A DNA stretch of 64,000 nucleotides from Microscilla marina ATCC 23134 (GTDB lineage Bacteria; Bacteroidota; Bacteroidia; Cytophagales; Microscillaceae), in the NCBI RefSeq assembly GCF_000169175.1, contig NZ_AAWS01000006.1, positions 199,192 through 263,191 on the forward strand, in the 5' to 3' direction. The stretch's first letter is position 1, and every line of letters starts with the position of its first letter. The notes under the pieces were generated by a model. The model saw only the letters and a list, made by a program, of their open reading frames with translations. It made no database searches and was not told the DNA's origin. A program made the translations under genes and the position numbers. Shown piece by piece: positions 9,814-20,386 of the stretch.

Positions 9814-10236
9814 CTTGTGAATAACTCATAGTCATTCTTTTTACCCCTTCGTTTATAGTAATTTTTACCATAATTATAACTTTGATACATTATTTTGTTT
9901 TGATTTTGTGTGTTTTTGTTTATTACTATTTTTTATCATACGGCACACCTCTTTTCTTAGTTGGTTTTTGCTTTTAAAAACAGTACTTAACATAATTTAT
10001 TTATATTTAATTAATACAAAATAAGAGGTGTATGGTAGTCATGATACGTATAGGAAAAATACAATGTTCTTTGTGGTTTTAAATAAAAATTTCTGTTGAT
10101 ATTATTGAGAGCCTGTTGTGTAAATCAAACATTCTCTCCTTTCTTTGAGTTTATCACCCAATAATTCTTGTGAAAATTATTAACTGAAAAGCGTAGCTTT
10201 TATATTTACTGCATAAAAAAAGACTCTAAATCTATT

Positions 10237-10692
10237 ATGTACAATACTGTTTTAATTATACACTCCTGGCTTCGTGTCATTATTTTAGTGCTTGCTGTAG
10301 TAGTGCTTTTCAAATCTTTGATGGGTTGGCTCAACAAAGGTAGTTATACCAAAGGCGATAATGCTTTATCAGCTTCTTTTGTGGGTTTTATCCACTTACA
10401 GGCTCTATTGGGATTCACTTTATACTTTTTCCTAAGCCCTATTACGGCAAGTGCAATGAAAAACTTTGGCGCAGCAATGAAAAACTCAGCAGTTCGTTAC
10501 TGGGCAGTTGAGCATATCTTAATTATGCTCATTGGCTTGGTAGTAGCTCAAATAGGTCGTTCGAAGGCTAAAAAATTGACTGACTCTACCGCAAAACATA
10601 AAACAAGCTTTATCTTTTTTACTATTGCTATAGTATTAATAGTAGGCGGTATTTTTGCCGGAGCAGCTTCAAGACCTTGGTTTCGTATGTAA
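10237..10692 (+). CDS. Hypothetical polytopic membrane protein
   Basis: 151 aa with about four hydrophobic helices. Confidence 0.5.
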   Translation: MYNTVLIIHSWLRVIILVLAVVVLFKSLMGWLNKGSYTKGDNALSASFVGFIHLQALLGFTLYFFLSPITASAMKNFGAAMKNSAVRYWAVEHILIMLIGLVVAQIGRSKAKKLTDSTAKHKTSFIFFTIAIVLIVGGIFAGAASRPWFRM

Positions 10693-10714
10693 CAATAGCT
10701 TATTTGTATTAAAA

Positions 10715-10758
10715 ATAAAATCCCTTATTTTCGGCAAAGAGAATAAGGGATTTTTTCT
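10715..10758. terminator. Bidirectional rho-independent terminator between convergent genes
   Basis: AAAATCCCTTATT...AATAAGGGATTTT with T-runs on both strands. Confidence 0.7.
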
Positions 10759-11943
10759 TTAAGCTTCTTCTATAGCTTGTAACAATAGTTTGCAGGCGTC
10801 TCTTATCTGTTCTTCAGTAATAATCAAAGGTGGGGCTATGCGCAAAGAGTTATCACAGTTGAGAAACCAGTCTGTGAGCACCCCTAGCTCCATGGCTTTA
10901 TCTATAATCGGTTTAAGTATCTCAAACGATTCAAATTCTACAGCCATTAATAGACCTTTGTTCCGTATCTGTTTTATTTTGGGATGAACCAGCAATGTTT
11001 TAAACAACTGGGCTTTTTGTGCTACTTCGTCTAATAAGCCTTCTTCTTGGATTGTTTGAATAGTAGCAAGCGAGGCCGCACAACTTACCGGATGACCACC
11101 AAAAGTACTGATATGCCCTAAAATAGGATTGTTTTTGAATACTGCCATCTTATCCTTTGAGCTTATAAAAGCACTGATAGGCATTCCTCCTCCCATTCCT
11201 TTGGCGCAGGTAATAATATCAGGTACGATGTCGTAATGTTCAAACCCCCAAAATTTTCCAGTGCGCCCAAACCCCGTTTGAATCTCATCAAGAATAAGTA
11301 ATGTTCCTGTTTCGTTACAACGCTGACGCAATGCCTGAAAATATTCTTTTGTGCCCACTCTTATACCTGCTTCTCCCTGGACTGTTTCTACTACAAAAGC
11401 AGCGGTGTGTGTGGTAATATGACGAAGCTCATCAATATTGCCAAATTGTACATGACGAATCCCTGGCAACAAGGGGCGGTATTTTGTTTTGAACTCTTCA
11501 CTGCCTCCTACCGACATTGCTCCGTGTGATGAACCATGGTAAGCATTATGACAAGCTACAAACTCTGCCCTGCCTGTATAACGTTTGGCAAGCTTCATGG
11601 CTCCTTCTATGGCTTCACTCCCTGAATTCATAAAAAAAATATTATCGAGAGAAGAGGGGAGGGTATTTATAATGGCTTGTGCCAATTGGTTTTGTGGTGT
11701 TTGTACTACTTCTCCGTACACCATCAAATGCATATAGGTTTCTGCTTGTTTTTTTACGGCATTCACTACGTTAGGATGGCAATGCCCCACATTGCTTACT
11801 CCTATGCCCGATATTAAATCTATAATGGCTTGACCATCAGTAGTATACATGTATATACCCGATGCTCTGGTTATTTCCAGCATTAAAGGAAAGTCAGTGG
11901 TTTGTGCTAAGTGATTTAAAAAAAGTTGTCTTTGAGAAATCAT
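10759..11943 (-). CDS. Class-III (PLP) aminotransferase, acetylornithine/ornithine/GABA aminotransferase-like
   Basis: 394 aa. Blocks FFMNSGSEA, LLILDEIQTGFGRTG and CAKGMGGGMPISAF are typical of AT-III enzymes. Confidence 0.8.
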   Translation of the reverse strand: MISQRQLFLNHLAQTTDFPLMLEITRASGIYMYTTDGQAIIDLISGIGVSNVGHCHPNVVNAVKKQAETYMHLMVYGEVVQTPQNQLAQAIINTLPSSLDNIFFMNSGSEAIEGAMKLAKRYTGRAEFVACHNAYHGSSHGAMSVGGSEEFKTKYRPLLPGIRHVQFGNIDELRHITTHTAAFVVETVQGEAGIRVGTKEYFQALRQRCNETGTLLILDEIQTGFGRTGKFWGFEHYDIVPDIITCAKGMGGGMPISAFISSKDKMAVFKNNPILGHISTFGGHPVSCAASLATIQTIQEEGLLDEVAQKAQLFKTLLVHPKIKQIRNKGLLMAVEFESFEILKPIIDKAMELGVLTDWFLNCDNSLRIAPPLIITEEQIRDACKLLLQAIEEA

Positions 11944-12028
11944 ATACTCTCGGTTGATTTTTATGAGTCTTTACGCATTATCATAATGCATATATATTTA
12001 AAATTACTGTGTGCCAATTGGCGAAGTG

Positions 12029-12586
12029 TTATGAGATTTTATATGCAAATTCATTTACACTGATATTTGCAAAAGCCTCTAGTTCCTTTTTTTGATGTAA
12101 ATGATGGCGTGTATGCATTTCTATTTGTTGGTACCATTCTAGTGAATTGAGCATACCAAAAATAACATGCTTGACTTTGTAGTGGTCACTATCATCAGCA
12201 ATAGCTGTTGCCAAGCCTTGGAGTTGTTTTAGCAAGGTTGTCCACTGTTGTTTACACTCATTACGAGGTTTAACTTCTGGTGCACCACTTGTCCATTCTT
12301 TGGGTTGCTTTATTTTTTGTTTAGGAAATCCTCCATGTTTATACAGCATTTCTCCCATCTGAGTTTTTTTCCCTTCTAGGCTCCCTTTTTTGTGCTGTAA
12401 GCAATTATTGATATTATACATAAAAAAAGTAGAGGCGGTATAAATATGTTGATACATTTGTGCCAATGACCATGTGCTTTCTGTTTCCTTATATACGAAT
12501 TGTTCGTCAGTATAACGGTCTAACTCTTGGACATAATAAGAGAAGAGCTCATTGAGTTTTTTTTGAGTTTCTTGAGTAGTGTTCAT
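12029..12586 (-). CDS. DinB/YfiT-like (DinB_2) four-helix-bundle protein
   Basis: 185 aa with the histidine motifs MYQHIY and HTRHHLHQ. Confidence 0.5.
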   Translation of the reverse strand: MNTTQETQKKLNELFSYYVQELDRYTDEQFVYKETESTWSLAQMYQHIYTASTFFMYNINNCLQHKKGSLEGKKTQMGEMLYKHGGFPKQKIKQPKEWTSGAPEVKPRNECKQQWTTLLKQLQGLATAIADDSDHYKVKHVIFGMLNSLEWYQQIEMHTRHHLHQKKELEAFANISVNEFAYKIS

Positions 12587-12877
12587 AAACGTTAAAAAAT
12601 AGGTGTTGAAATGGTTATTTTGAAAATACGGCTAAAAAGCCTGTTTAAAGCTTATAGGAGATGTTTTGGGTGTTTTTTTTCGGCTATTCTCTCTGTTTTT
12701 CTCTTCTAAAATATGCTTTTTTTGTGCCGTAGTAAAATCAGCTAAAAAGTGTGTTTAGAGAGTATAGAGCTATATTTATAGGTTAAAAAAGCGCTTTTTT
12801 AACCCAAATAAAGGCGATAATTTCGTGATAATTTTTTGTGAACTGATCTATCCCCTTGATAAAGCCTTTAATTTAGA

Positions 12878-13681
12878 CTACTTTTTGTGATATTCTTCAA
12901 TGTGTTGTTGCATTTCTTGCTGAAGTTTACGAGCTGATTCTTTTGGGTTTTCCGAAAAGATAATTCCACGAGAGGAGTTTACCAATAATCCTATTTGAGA
13001 ATTCATTCCATATTTTGAGACTTCTTGTAAACTTCCGCCTTGAGCTCCTACTCCTGGTACTAACAAAAAATGTTTGGGAGCCAAGCTTCGTATTTTTTGC
13101 AGCATGCTCGCTTGGGTTGCTCCTACTACATACATCATTGCCTCGTCATTGGTCCACTCTTGTGACCTAGTAAGAACTTCCTCGAAAAGTGTTTTTTTAT
13201 CTTGGTTGATAGATAAAAATTGAAAATCTTGACTACTGGGGTTAGAGGTTAACGCCAGTAAAATCACCCACTTTTGTGCATATTCCAGAAATGGACTTAC
13301 AGAATCTTTTCCCATGTATGGTGCTACTGTAATGGAGTTAAAATCAAGCGTTTTGAAGAATGCCTTGGCATATTGATGTACTGTATTACCAATATCGCCT
13401 CGCTTGGCGTCGGCAATGGTAAATATATTTTGAGGAATATGTGCCAGTGTTTTTTGCATAGTTTCCCAGCCTGCAGCTCCATTGCTTTCATAAAAAGCAG
13501 TATTAATTTTGTATCCTACACAAAAGTCAGCCGTTTGGTCAATAATGTATTTATTGAAAGCAAGTACAGGGTCTGTTTCAGATTTGAATCGAGCAGGAAT
13601 TTTTTCAATGTCAGAGTCGAGCCCTACACATAGGTAAGATTGTTTTTGGAGAATTTGTTGGTAAAGTTCTTCTTTGGTCAT
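12878..13681 (-). CDS. pyrF: Orotidine-5'-phosphate decarboxylase, type 2
   Basis: LCVGLDSD and [15 protein letters not shown] match the type-2 OMPdecase signatures. Confidence 0.85.
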   Translation of the reverse strand: MTKEELYQQILQKQSYLCVGLDSDIEKIPARFKSETDPVLAFNKYIIDQTADFCVGYKINTAFYESNGAAGWETMQKTLAHIPQNIFTIADAKRGDIGNTVHQYAKAFFKTLDFNSITVAPYMGKDSVSPFLEYAQKWVILLALTSNPSSQDFQFLSINQDKKTLFEEVLTRSQEWTNDEAMMYVVGATQASMLQKIRSLAPKHFLLVPGVGAQGGSLQEVSKYGMNSQIGLLVNSSRGIIFSENPKESARKLQQEMQQHIEEYHKK

Positions 13682-13726
13682 GGTAAAAATGTGTTAGTTT
13701 ACAAGCTCAAAGTTACAGCTTGTAAC

Positions 13727-13779
13727 ACAGAAACAAAAAACGGCAAAGAAAAAGGGTAAGAAGATTACCTCCTTACCCT
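13727..13779 (-). terminator. Rho-independent terminator after the lolA-like gene
   Basis: GGGTAAG...CTTACCC stem followed by a T-run on the minus strand. Confidence 0.6.
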
Positions 13780-13803
13780 CACAACACCAAGTAGCATTGT
13801 TGT

Positions 13804-14448
13804 TTATCTCAAATCGTTTAACTCTACGCCAGGATATTTTTTAGGGTTAAACTGGAAATAGCTTTTTGATATGCCATTTTTATGCTCTATAAACTTCAGT
13901 ATAGTATATAGATATCTATTGCCGTTTTTCTCATAAGTTTCCCAACCCATGATTGTATTATCAGCTTTCTTTACCCTTAGTTTGAGCTTGGTCAATTGGT
14001 ATTTTTTACGATCTTGTGGTACCATTTCTATGCTATGATAAGTCCCTTTGCTTTCGGCAGGCAACAATCTGTATTTGAAACCTTGCTTATAAATGGTGTA
14101 AATTTTATCAGGAGTAATTCCTTCATCTGGTTCGTATTCGGTTACATTGGCCTCATTGGTTTCTTTTAAGTAAGTCCATTGAGTTTTACCATCAGTCATT
14201 ACTTCTTGTCCACTGGCTTTCAAGCGAAACATTTTTTTAGCTATAGTTATGCTTCCATTAAAGTTATCAGTTACACCAGAAGAGCTTTTAAGCGAATACC
14301 TGAATGAAGCACCAAATGCTTTCAGGTTTTCATACCTGTTTTTTACTGCATCCAAAATGCTTTTTGCTTTGGCGTCTTGTTGCGCGTATAAATTAGTAAA
14401 TGTGAATAACCCGATGGCTAATAAAAATATCGTAGCTTTCAATTTCAT
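13804..14448 (-). CDS. lolA: LolA-like outer-membrane lipoprotein carrier protein
   Basis: 214 aa with a signal peptide. It lies immediately downstream of ftsK, an arrangement conserved in Bacteroidota. The assignment is partly positional. Confidence 0.55.
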   Translation of the reverse strand: MKLKATIFLLAIGLFTFTNLYAQQDAKAKSILDAVKNRYENLKAFGASFRYSLKSSSGVTDNFNGSITIAKKMFRLKASGQEVMTDGKTQWTYLKETNEANVTEYEPDEGITPDKIYTIYKQGFKYRLLPAESKGTYHSIEMVPQDRKKYQLTKLKLRVKKADNTIMGWETYEKNGNRYLYTILKFIEHKNGISKSYFQFNPKKYPGVELNDLR

Positions 14449-14582
14449 GATCTTTGTTATTATGTTGTTGTCTGGTCTAATTGTTTAATTAGTCATTAGA
14501 CACCTATTTTTTTATTTAGTTTAATTTCGTGCTAATAATAAAACCCACTCTAGTAAATTATATTATACTTCATGTTTTTTTA

Positions 14583-17348
14583 TTAACTGTTATTGCTAAT
14601 TTCATTAAGCAAACGCTCAAGACTGTATTCGTCAGGAATGAGTACTTCACGCGCTTTACTCCCTTCAAATGGGCCTACAATTCCGGCTTGTTCTAATTGA
14701 TCAATCAAACGGCCTGCACGGTTATAGCCAAGTTTCAAACGGCGTTGCAGGAGCGAAGTACTCCCTTGTTGATGCATGACAATAATACGGGCTGCTTCGT
14801 CAAACAATTCATCACGATCGCCTACTGAACCGCCAGCACTGCCACCTCCCTTATTGTCTTCTCCATGAAACTCAGGCAATTGATAAGCTTCGGGGTAGCC
14901 CTGTTGATCACCAATAAAGTTACAAACACGTTCTACCTCTGGAGTATCTAAAAATGCCCCTTGCAGACGAATCATTTCTGCTCCCATAGAAAACAGCATA
15001 TCACCCATACCCACTAGTTGCTCAGCTCCTCCGGCGTCTAATATAGTTCTGGAGTCAATTTTAGAGGTAACTTTAAACGACAAACGAGCAGGGAAGTTTG
15101 CCTTGATCACCCCTGTAATTACGTTTACAGAAGGGCGTTGAGTAGCTACTACTAAGTGTATACCAATGGCACGTGCCAACTGAGCCAAACGAGCAATGGG
15201 TTGCTCTACTTCTTTTCCTGCGGTCATCATCAAATCAGCCAACTCATCTATTACCAACACAATGTAAGGCATAAACTTGTGCCCTTTTTTAGGGTTGAGT
15301 TTGCGTTGAGTAAACTTCTGGTTATACTCTTTAATATTTCGGCAAAGTGCATCTTTCAACAGGTTATAACGATTGTCCATTTCCAGACACAGCGAATTGA
15401 GGGTATGAATTACTTTTTGATTATCAGTAATAATGGCTTCCTCTGAGTCTGGAAGCGTTGCCAGAAAATGTTTCTCGATGGCTGTGAAAAGAGCCAGCTC
15501 TACCTTCTTAGGGTCAATCAATACAAATTTGAGCTCGGCAGGGTGTTTTTTGTAAATTAAAGTAGCAAGAAAAACATTCAATCCTACCGACTTACCTTGA
15601 CCAGTAGCACCAGCCATCAATACGTGAGGCATCTTGGCAAGGTCAGCCAAAAACACCTTATTTTCAATGGTTTTACCCAATACAATTGGTAAACTTGCCT
15701 TGGTGTTTTTGAAGGCTTCATCTTCCATAATAGAACGCATAGTTACCACTTCACGCCTTTTATTGGGTACTTCAATACCAATCGTTCCTTTGCCAGGAAT
15801 AGGCGCAATGATACGTATACCCAATGCAGCAAGACTTAGCGCAATGTCATCTTCGAGGTTTTTAATTTTAGAAATACGAACTCCCGCTTCTGGTATAATT
15901 TCATACAGAGTTACTGTAGGACCAATGGTGGCTTTAATCTGAGAAATGCCAATGCCATAGTTGCTTAAAGTTTCTACAATACGATCTTTATTGGCTTCCA
16001 GCTCTTCATTTGACACCTGTCTTTTCATTTCAGGTAGTTCATTGAGCAAGTCAGCCGTAGGAAACTTATAAGTACTAAGGTCTAGAGTAGGGTCATAAGC
16101 TTCCAGCTTTTTTTCTTCTTTTGTTTCCCGGTTATGCTCTGCTTCCTCTTTAAAGTTAATGTCTTTTTGGATTGCCTTTTCAAAGAATGGGTTTACTTTT
16201 TCAGTCACCTTATCTATAGAAGGAGGGGGTGTTTGAGGGGTTACTGGTGCCGATTCATCAGTAAGCTCAAGGTCAAGTTTGCCCGTTTTTCTTTTAGATA
16301 GTTTCTCTGTACTTCGGCGAGTACGCTTAGGTGATACCTCTTTAGGCATTTCCAGAGGTGTTTCACTTGTAGGGTTTTTGAACGGAGGCATATCAGGAAC
16401 TACCTCTTCATTATCTTCTGATAAATCTTCGGTGTCTACCTTAGGCCTGCGGGTAGTTCGTAGTTTGCTTGCCCGTTCTTTTTTAATAGCTTCTGTTGGA
16501 TCTTCTGTGATTTTGGTAACCCTTTCTATAGGTTTGGTTTTATCCAGCGTGGGGTCGTCATCGGTTACTTCCAGAATAATGCCCTCGTCTGAAAATAAAT
16601 CTTTGTGGTCTTCATCGTTGCCTGCTTCTGCGGTTTTGCCCGTTTTTTTGTTCTTGTCTACTCGTTCATATCGCACACTTTTGGCTGCATCGGAAATTGT
16701 TTTTACAATGCCATTATTGGTTGACACATACTTTTTATAATCGTCATAAGCGAAGGTTTTTACTACAAACCAGGCTAATACCGCAAAAGTAATGACTACA
16801 GAAAAGAATGATTTGAACAGTGGAATTAAAAAAGTATGGGCAATTTCGAAGCCCCAAGCACCACTTACAAAAGCGCTTCGGTCGGCAAGCGCCACCAAAG
16901 TACTAATCCAAATAAGAAAAAATATAGATACACGCATTAAGCGGGAAAGCCTAATAAGCGTAACATTGTTAAGAAAACGCCAGCCCAGTACAAAAGAGAT
17001 CACAACTAATATATAGGCAGCAATACCAAAACCCTTGAATACAAAAGTATGGGCAAGAATCGCCCCGGTAAGCCCTAGCCAGTTTTGTACTTCAGCGCCA
17101 CTTTGAGTAAGTTTATTATTCCAAAATGCTTCTACCAGGCTTTGGTCAGCTTTGCCTGTTCCCCCTAAAAAATAAGAGGTAAATGCGCCAAACATTGCCA
17201 TAGCAAGCAATAGAAAAAACAGACCTAGGGTAAACCTTACATTTTTGTTTTTGAGTAGTAAGCTTATGATCTGCATAAACTCATTTTGACTCAATCGCCC
17301 CGAATCGTTTTTTCTTTTATATGTATTTTCTCGGACAGTCTTTGCCAT
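14583..17348 (-). CDS. ftsK: DNA translocase FtsK/SpoIIIE
   Basis: 921 aa. It has an N-terminal membrane domain, a Pro/Glu/Lys-rich linker, the motor motifs GATGQGKSVGLN and LVVIDELADL, and a C-terminal winged-helix gamma domain. Confidence 0.9.
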   Translation of the reverse strand: MAKTVRENTYKRKNDSGRLSQNEFMQIISLLLKNKNVRFTLGLFFLLLAMAMFGAFTSYFLGGTGKADQSLVEAFWNNKLTQSGAEVQNWLGLTGAILAHTFVFKGFGIAAYILVVISFVLGWRFLNNVTLIRLSRLMRVSIFFLIWISTLVALADRSAFVSGAWGFEIAHTFLIPLFKSFFSVVITFAVLAWFVVKTFAYDDYKKYVSTNNGIVKTISDAAKSVRYERVDKNKKTGKTAEAGNDEDHKDLFSDEGIILEVTDDDPTLDKTKPIERVTKITEDPTEAIKKERASKLRTTRRPKVDTEDLSEDNEEVVPDMPPFKNPTSETPLEMPKEVSPKRTRRSTEKLSKRKTGKLDLELTDESAPVTPQTPPPSIDKVTEKVNPFFEKAIQKDINFKEEAEHNRETKEEKKLEAYDPTLDLSTYKFPTADLLNELPEMKRQVSNEELEANKDRIVETLSNYGIGISQIKATIGPTVTLYEIIPEAGVRISKIKNLEDDIALSLAALGIRIIAPIPGKGTIGIEVPNKRREVVTMRSIMEDEAFKNTKASLPIVLGKTIENKVFLADLAKMPHVLMAGATGQGKSVGLNVFLATLIYKKHPAELKFVLIDPKKVELALFTAIEKHFLATLPDSEEAIITDNQKVIHTLNSLCLEMDNRYNLLKDALCRNIKEYNQKFTQRKLNPKKGHKFMPYIVLVIDELADLMMTAGKEVEQPIARLAQLARAIGIHLVVATQRPSVNVITGVIKANFPARLSFKVTSKIDSRTILDAGGAEQLVGMGDMLFSMGAEMIRLQGAFLDTPEVERVCNFIGDQQGYPEAYQLPEFHGEDNKGGGSAGGSVGDRDELFDEAARIIVMHQQGSTSLLQRRLKLGYNRAGRLIDQLEQAGIVGPFEGSKAREVLIPDEYSLERLLNEISNNS

Positions 17349-17395
17349 ATTATATGCAAATTTAATTGGTAAAAAGGCATTGATTCAAGCTAGTA

Positions 17396-18466
17396 CTATT
17401 TGCTCGACACCAATTTTTGAGTGCCTTTGTTAGATTGCATTTTGATCAATGCTTTTTTTATGTTTTTGATTAATGCTGGTCCTTCGTAGATAAACCCAGA
17501 GTAGACTTGCACCAGCGATGCGCCAGCTTCCAGTTTTTCTATAGCATCAGCAGCAGAAGCTATGCCTCCTACGCCAATGATTGGGAAAGCCCCATTTGAT
17601 TTTTGATGGATATACCTAATTACTTCAGTAGATCGGTCTTTCAATGGTTTGCCGCTTAAGCCACCTGCACCAATAGTTTCTATTTCTGTTTTGTCAGCTT
17701 GAAGCCCCCCACGGTCAATGGTTGTATTGGTAGCAATGAGTCCATCTATTTTAGTATCTAATAAAACTTCTACTACTTCGTCAAGTTGTTCATTGCTCAA
17801 GTCAGGAGCAATTTTAAGTAAAATAGGTTTGGTTTGAGGTTTTTGTTTGTTCTTATTTTGTAATGTTACCAAAAGCTTGGTCAGTGGTTCTTTATCCTGT
17901 AATGCTCTTAAGTTAGGCGTATTGGGGGAGCTTACATTTACCACAAAATAATCAACATAATCGAATAAAGCATCAAAGCATTTTTCATAATCGTTGATTG
18001 CTTCTTCGTTGGAGGTTACTTTGTTTTTGCCAATATTACCCCCCACTAAAATATTTGCCGGACGTTTTTTCAAGTGACCAATGGCAGTACTTACTCCATC
18101 ATTATTAAACCCCATCCGGTTGATAATTGCCTGGTCTTTTTTTAGTCTAAATAATCGGGGCTTGGGATTGCCCTCCTGAGCTTTAGGAGTAAGCGTGCCT
18201 ATCTCAATAAACCCAAAACCAAAGTTGGCCATTTCCTGAATCAAAACGGCATTTTTGTCGAAACCTGCTGCCAACCCTATCGGGTTTTTAAAAGTAAGCC
18301 CAAACAATTCTTTCTCCAATGTGGGGTGTTCATACATATACCGTTTTCGCATTAAGTGAGAAAGTCCAGGTATTTTAAATGCCCACTTAATCATTTTAAA
18401 AGTAGTATGATGCACTTTTTCGGCATCAAAACGGAATAAAACAGGTCTGACAAATTGTTTATACAA
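17396..18466 (-). CDS. pyrD: Dihydroorotate dehydrogenase (quinone), class 2
   Basis: 356 aa with [21 protein letters not shown] and [11 protein letters not shown]. Confidence 0.85.
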   Translation of the reverse strand: MYKQFVRPVLFRFDAEKVHHTTFKMIKWAFKIPGLSHLMRKRYMYEHPTLEKELFGLTFKNPIGLAAGFDKNAVLIQEMANFGFGFIEIGTLTPKAQEGNPKPRLFRLKKDQAIINRMGFNNDGVSTAIGHLKKRPANILVGGNIGKNKVTSNEEAINDYEKCFDALFDYVDYFVVNVSSPNTPNLRALQDKEPLTKLLVTLQNKNKQKPQTKPILLKIAPDLSNEQLDEVVEVLLDTKIDGLIATNTTIDRGGLQADKTEIETIGAGGLSGKPLKDRSTEVIRYIHQKSNGAFPIIGVGGIASAADAIEKLEAGASLVQVYSGFIYEGPALIKNIKKALIKMQSNKGTQKLVSSK

Positions 18467-18533
18467 ATCTTCTAAAAGTTAATGATGATGTTGTAAAAGT
18501 AACAGTTTTTTACCAAAGAGATAATGAACCTCT

Positions 18534-19460
18534 TTAATTATTGAGCAAAAGCTTTTCTAGTTGATTAAGGTCGGCTTTGATTTTTGACAGAGCAAGCCGA
18601 TCACGATTTTTGATGGCTACTTCCAACGCTTTTTTTATACTGGCATGGTAGTGTTCTATTTGAGCATTTATTTGTTCGTTGGTATACTGAGGCGTAGGTA
18701 CATCTTGGCTTTGATAAGCTTGCTCTTCTTTACCTTCTTCTATTTCGGTAGCTCTTTTATAGATATCTTCTACACTGAGTATAGGTACCTCGTCAGAGTC
18801 TTTGGCTACTTCGCCCAGCTTTTGTACATGGCTCTTATTTACTTTTACTTTGCCCTTCAGTATTTCTTGTTTCAGTTCAGGGTTTGACTTTCCAATAATG
18901 TCCATCCCTTCAGCAAACTTAGCGTCACGACGAATCGTTTTTTCATCTACATTGTATTCTTTAGCAATACGCTTTGCGGTAGACTCTTTGGGTTGGTCAC
19001 TGTTGCTTAGATCAGTGCGTTGCCCTTGCGATTTCTCAGAGTTATAACGCGACCCACGTAAAAAAGCTTGTTGTTCTTTACTAAGGTTCCGTCGTCCCAG
19101 CTGGTTATTGATCATCCAGTTGCGCGCTTCAAACCTGGTTTTGAATTGTACCAGATGAATCTTAAAGTCTACATTATAAGTAGTACATATTTTATGACGG
19201 TTGTGTCCATCAATAAGTACATACTTTCCAGCAAGTTCGTCATCAGCATCATGGGGTACTTTCCATACCACCAAAGGTTCACGGCACCCTTCCTCTGCGA
19301 TGTTTTGGGCAAGTTGGGCAAATTCATCTTCCTTGAGTGGAGGAATCAAATCTCTGAATTCATCCTCAATGTGAATCTTTGCTTTTATCTGCGACTCGCT
19401 TTCGCTTTTTTGTTTCACGGCTCCACTTAATAGGTTTGCCAGTTTATCTCTTTTAGCCAT
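18534..19460 (-). CDS. ParB-like N-terminal domain protein with HTH (non-canonical, DGHNRH variant)
   Basis: The ParB/Srx N-domain block YVLIDGHNRHKI replaces the chromosomal GERRxRA box. It also has the HTH TAKRIAKEYNVDEKTIRR, and it overlaps parA by 8 bp. Confidence 0.65.
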   Translation of the reverse strand: MAKRDKLANLLSGAVKQKSESESQIKAKIHIEDEFRDLIPPLKEDEFAQLAQNIAEEGCREPLVVWKVPHDADDELAGKYVLIDGHNRHKICTTYNVDFKIHLVQFKTRFEARNWMINNQLGRRNLSKEQQAFLRGSRYNSEKSQGQRTDLSNSDQPKESTAKRIAKEYNVDEKTIRRDAKFAEGMDIIGKSNPELKQEILKGKVKVNKSHVQKLGEVAKDSDEVPILSVEDIYKRATEIEEGKEEQAYQSQDVPTPQYTNEQINAQIEHYHASIKKALEVAIKNRDRLALSKIKADLNQLEKLLLNN

Positions 19461-20196
19461 TAATGACCTCCTTTGAAAGGTTTAAATAATCTTCAGCAGC
19501 AGCGCAGGTTTTATCGTAAGAAAAAATATCTTGTCGATGAGTAGACGACTCTACCACTGCTACGTTTTGCCTGATAACGGTTTGAAAAGCTGCATCGGGA
19601 TATTCGGTTTGAACTTTCTCTACAATGGTTCTACTTACCACTGTACGGTTTACTTGAGTAAGCAGTAGCCCCATAAGTCCCAGTGCTGGATTTAGGTTTT
19701 GGCGTAGCTCCTCTATCAATTCTATAATAGTATCAAGACCTTTGATGGCAAGGTATTGCGATTGAACCACGATAAGTACTTCGTTGGCGGCTATCATTGC
19801 ATTGGCAGTGAGAATACCCAAAGAAGGCGGGCAGTCGATTAGAATAAAATCATAATCTTTTGCTATAGTTGCCAGTGCGTTTCTTAGTTTAAAATACCCA
19901 TTTACCTCTGTAATGAGTTTTACTTCTGCCCCTGACAAATCAAGGTCTGCCGGAATGATGTTAAGTCCTGTAGCTATTTTTTGCACAGGCAACGCTTCAC
20001 CTTCACACAATGCGTGGTAAATATTTTTTGGAGGCTCTTCTATACCTACCGACTGCGACAGGTTTGCCTGAGGGTCAATGTCTACTATAAGTACTTTCTT
20101 TTTATTCATCGAAAGTGCCTTACCCAAGTTAAGGGTAGTAGTAGTTTTGCCTACGCCTCCTTTATGATTTACTACGGCAATTATTCGTGGTTTCAT
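19453..20196 (-). CDS. parA: ParA/MinD-family ATPase
   Basis: Deviant Walker A KGGVGKTTT, 247 aa. Confidence 0.8.
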   Translation of the reverse strand: MKPRIIAVVNHKGGVGKTTTTLNLGKALSMNKKKVLIVDIDPQANLSQSVGIEEPPKNIYHALCEGEALPVQKIATGLNIIPADLDLSGAEVKLITEVNGYFKLRNALATIAKDYDFILIDCPPSLGILTANAMIAANEVLIVVQSQYLAIKGLDTIIELIEELRQNLNPALGLMGLLLTQVNRTVVSRTIVEKVQTEYPDAAFQTVIRQNVAVVESSTHRQDIFSYDKTCAAAEDYLNLSKEVING

Positions 20197-20269
20197 TGAA
20201 TCTTTGTCTAAGTTGTTGTCTGGATGACAAATAATAATTTAGCCATAAATTTACTACTTATAAAATATT

Positions 20270-20340
20270 TGCTCAAATAAATAGCAGGTTTTTGCTCATT
20301 GAGCAAGCGCTTAATCTATGCAGTAGGCAGTGTTGAGCAA
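20270..20340. promoter_or_regulatory. Putative ParAB operator / centromere-like site: four TTGCTCA half-sites, including the perfect palindrome TTGCTCAtTGAGCAA (20292-20306)
   Basis: TTGCTCA at 20270 and 20292, TGAGCAA at 20300 and 20334, 70-130 bp upstream of the parA start. Confidence 0.45.
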
Positions 20341-20386
20341 TGTGGTTTTGTGGGAAGTTACTTCTGGACAAAAAGTCCGAAAGTAG

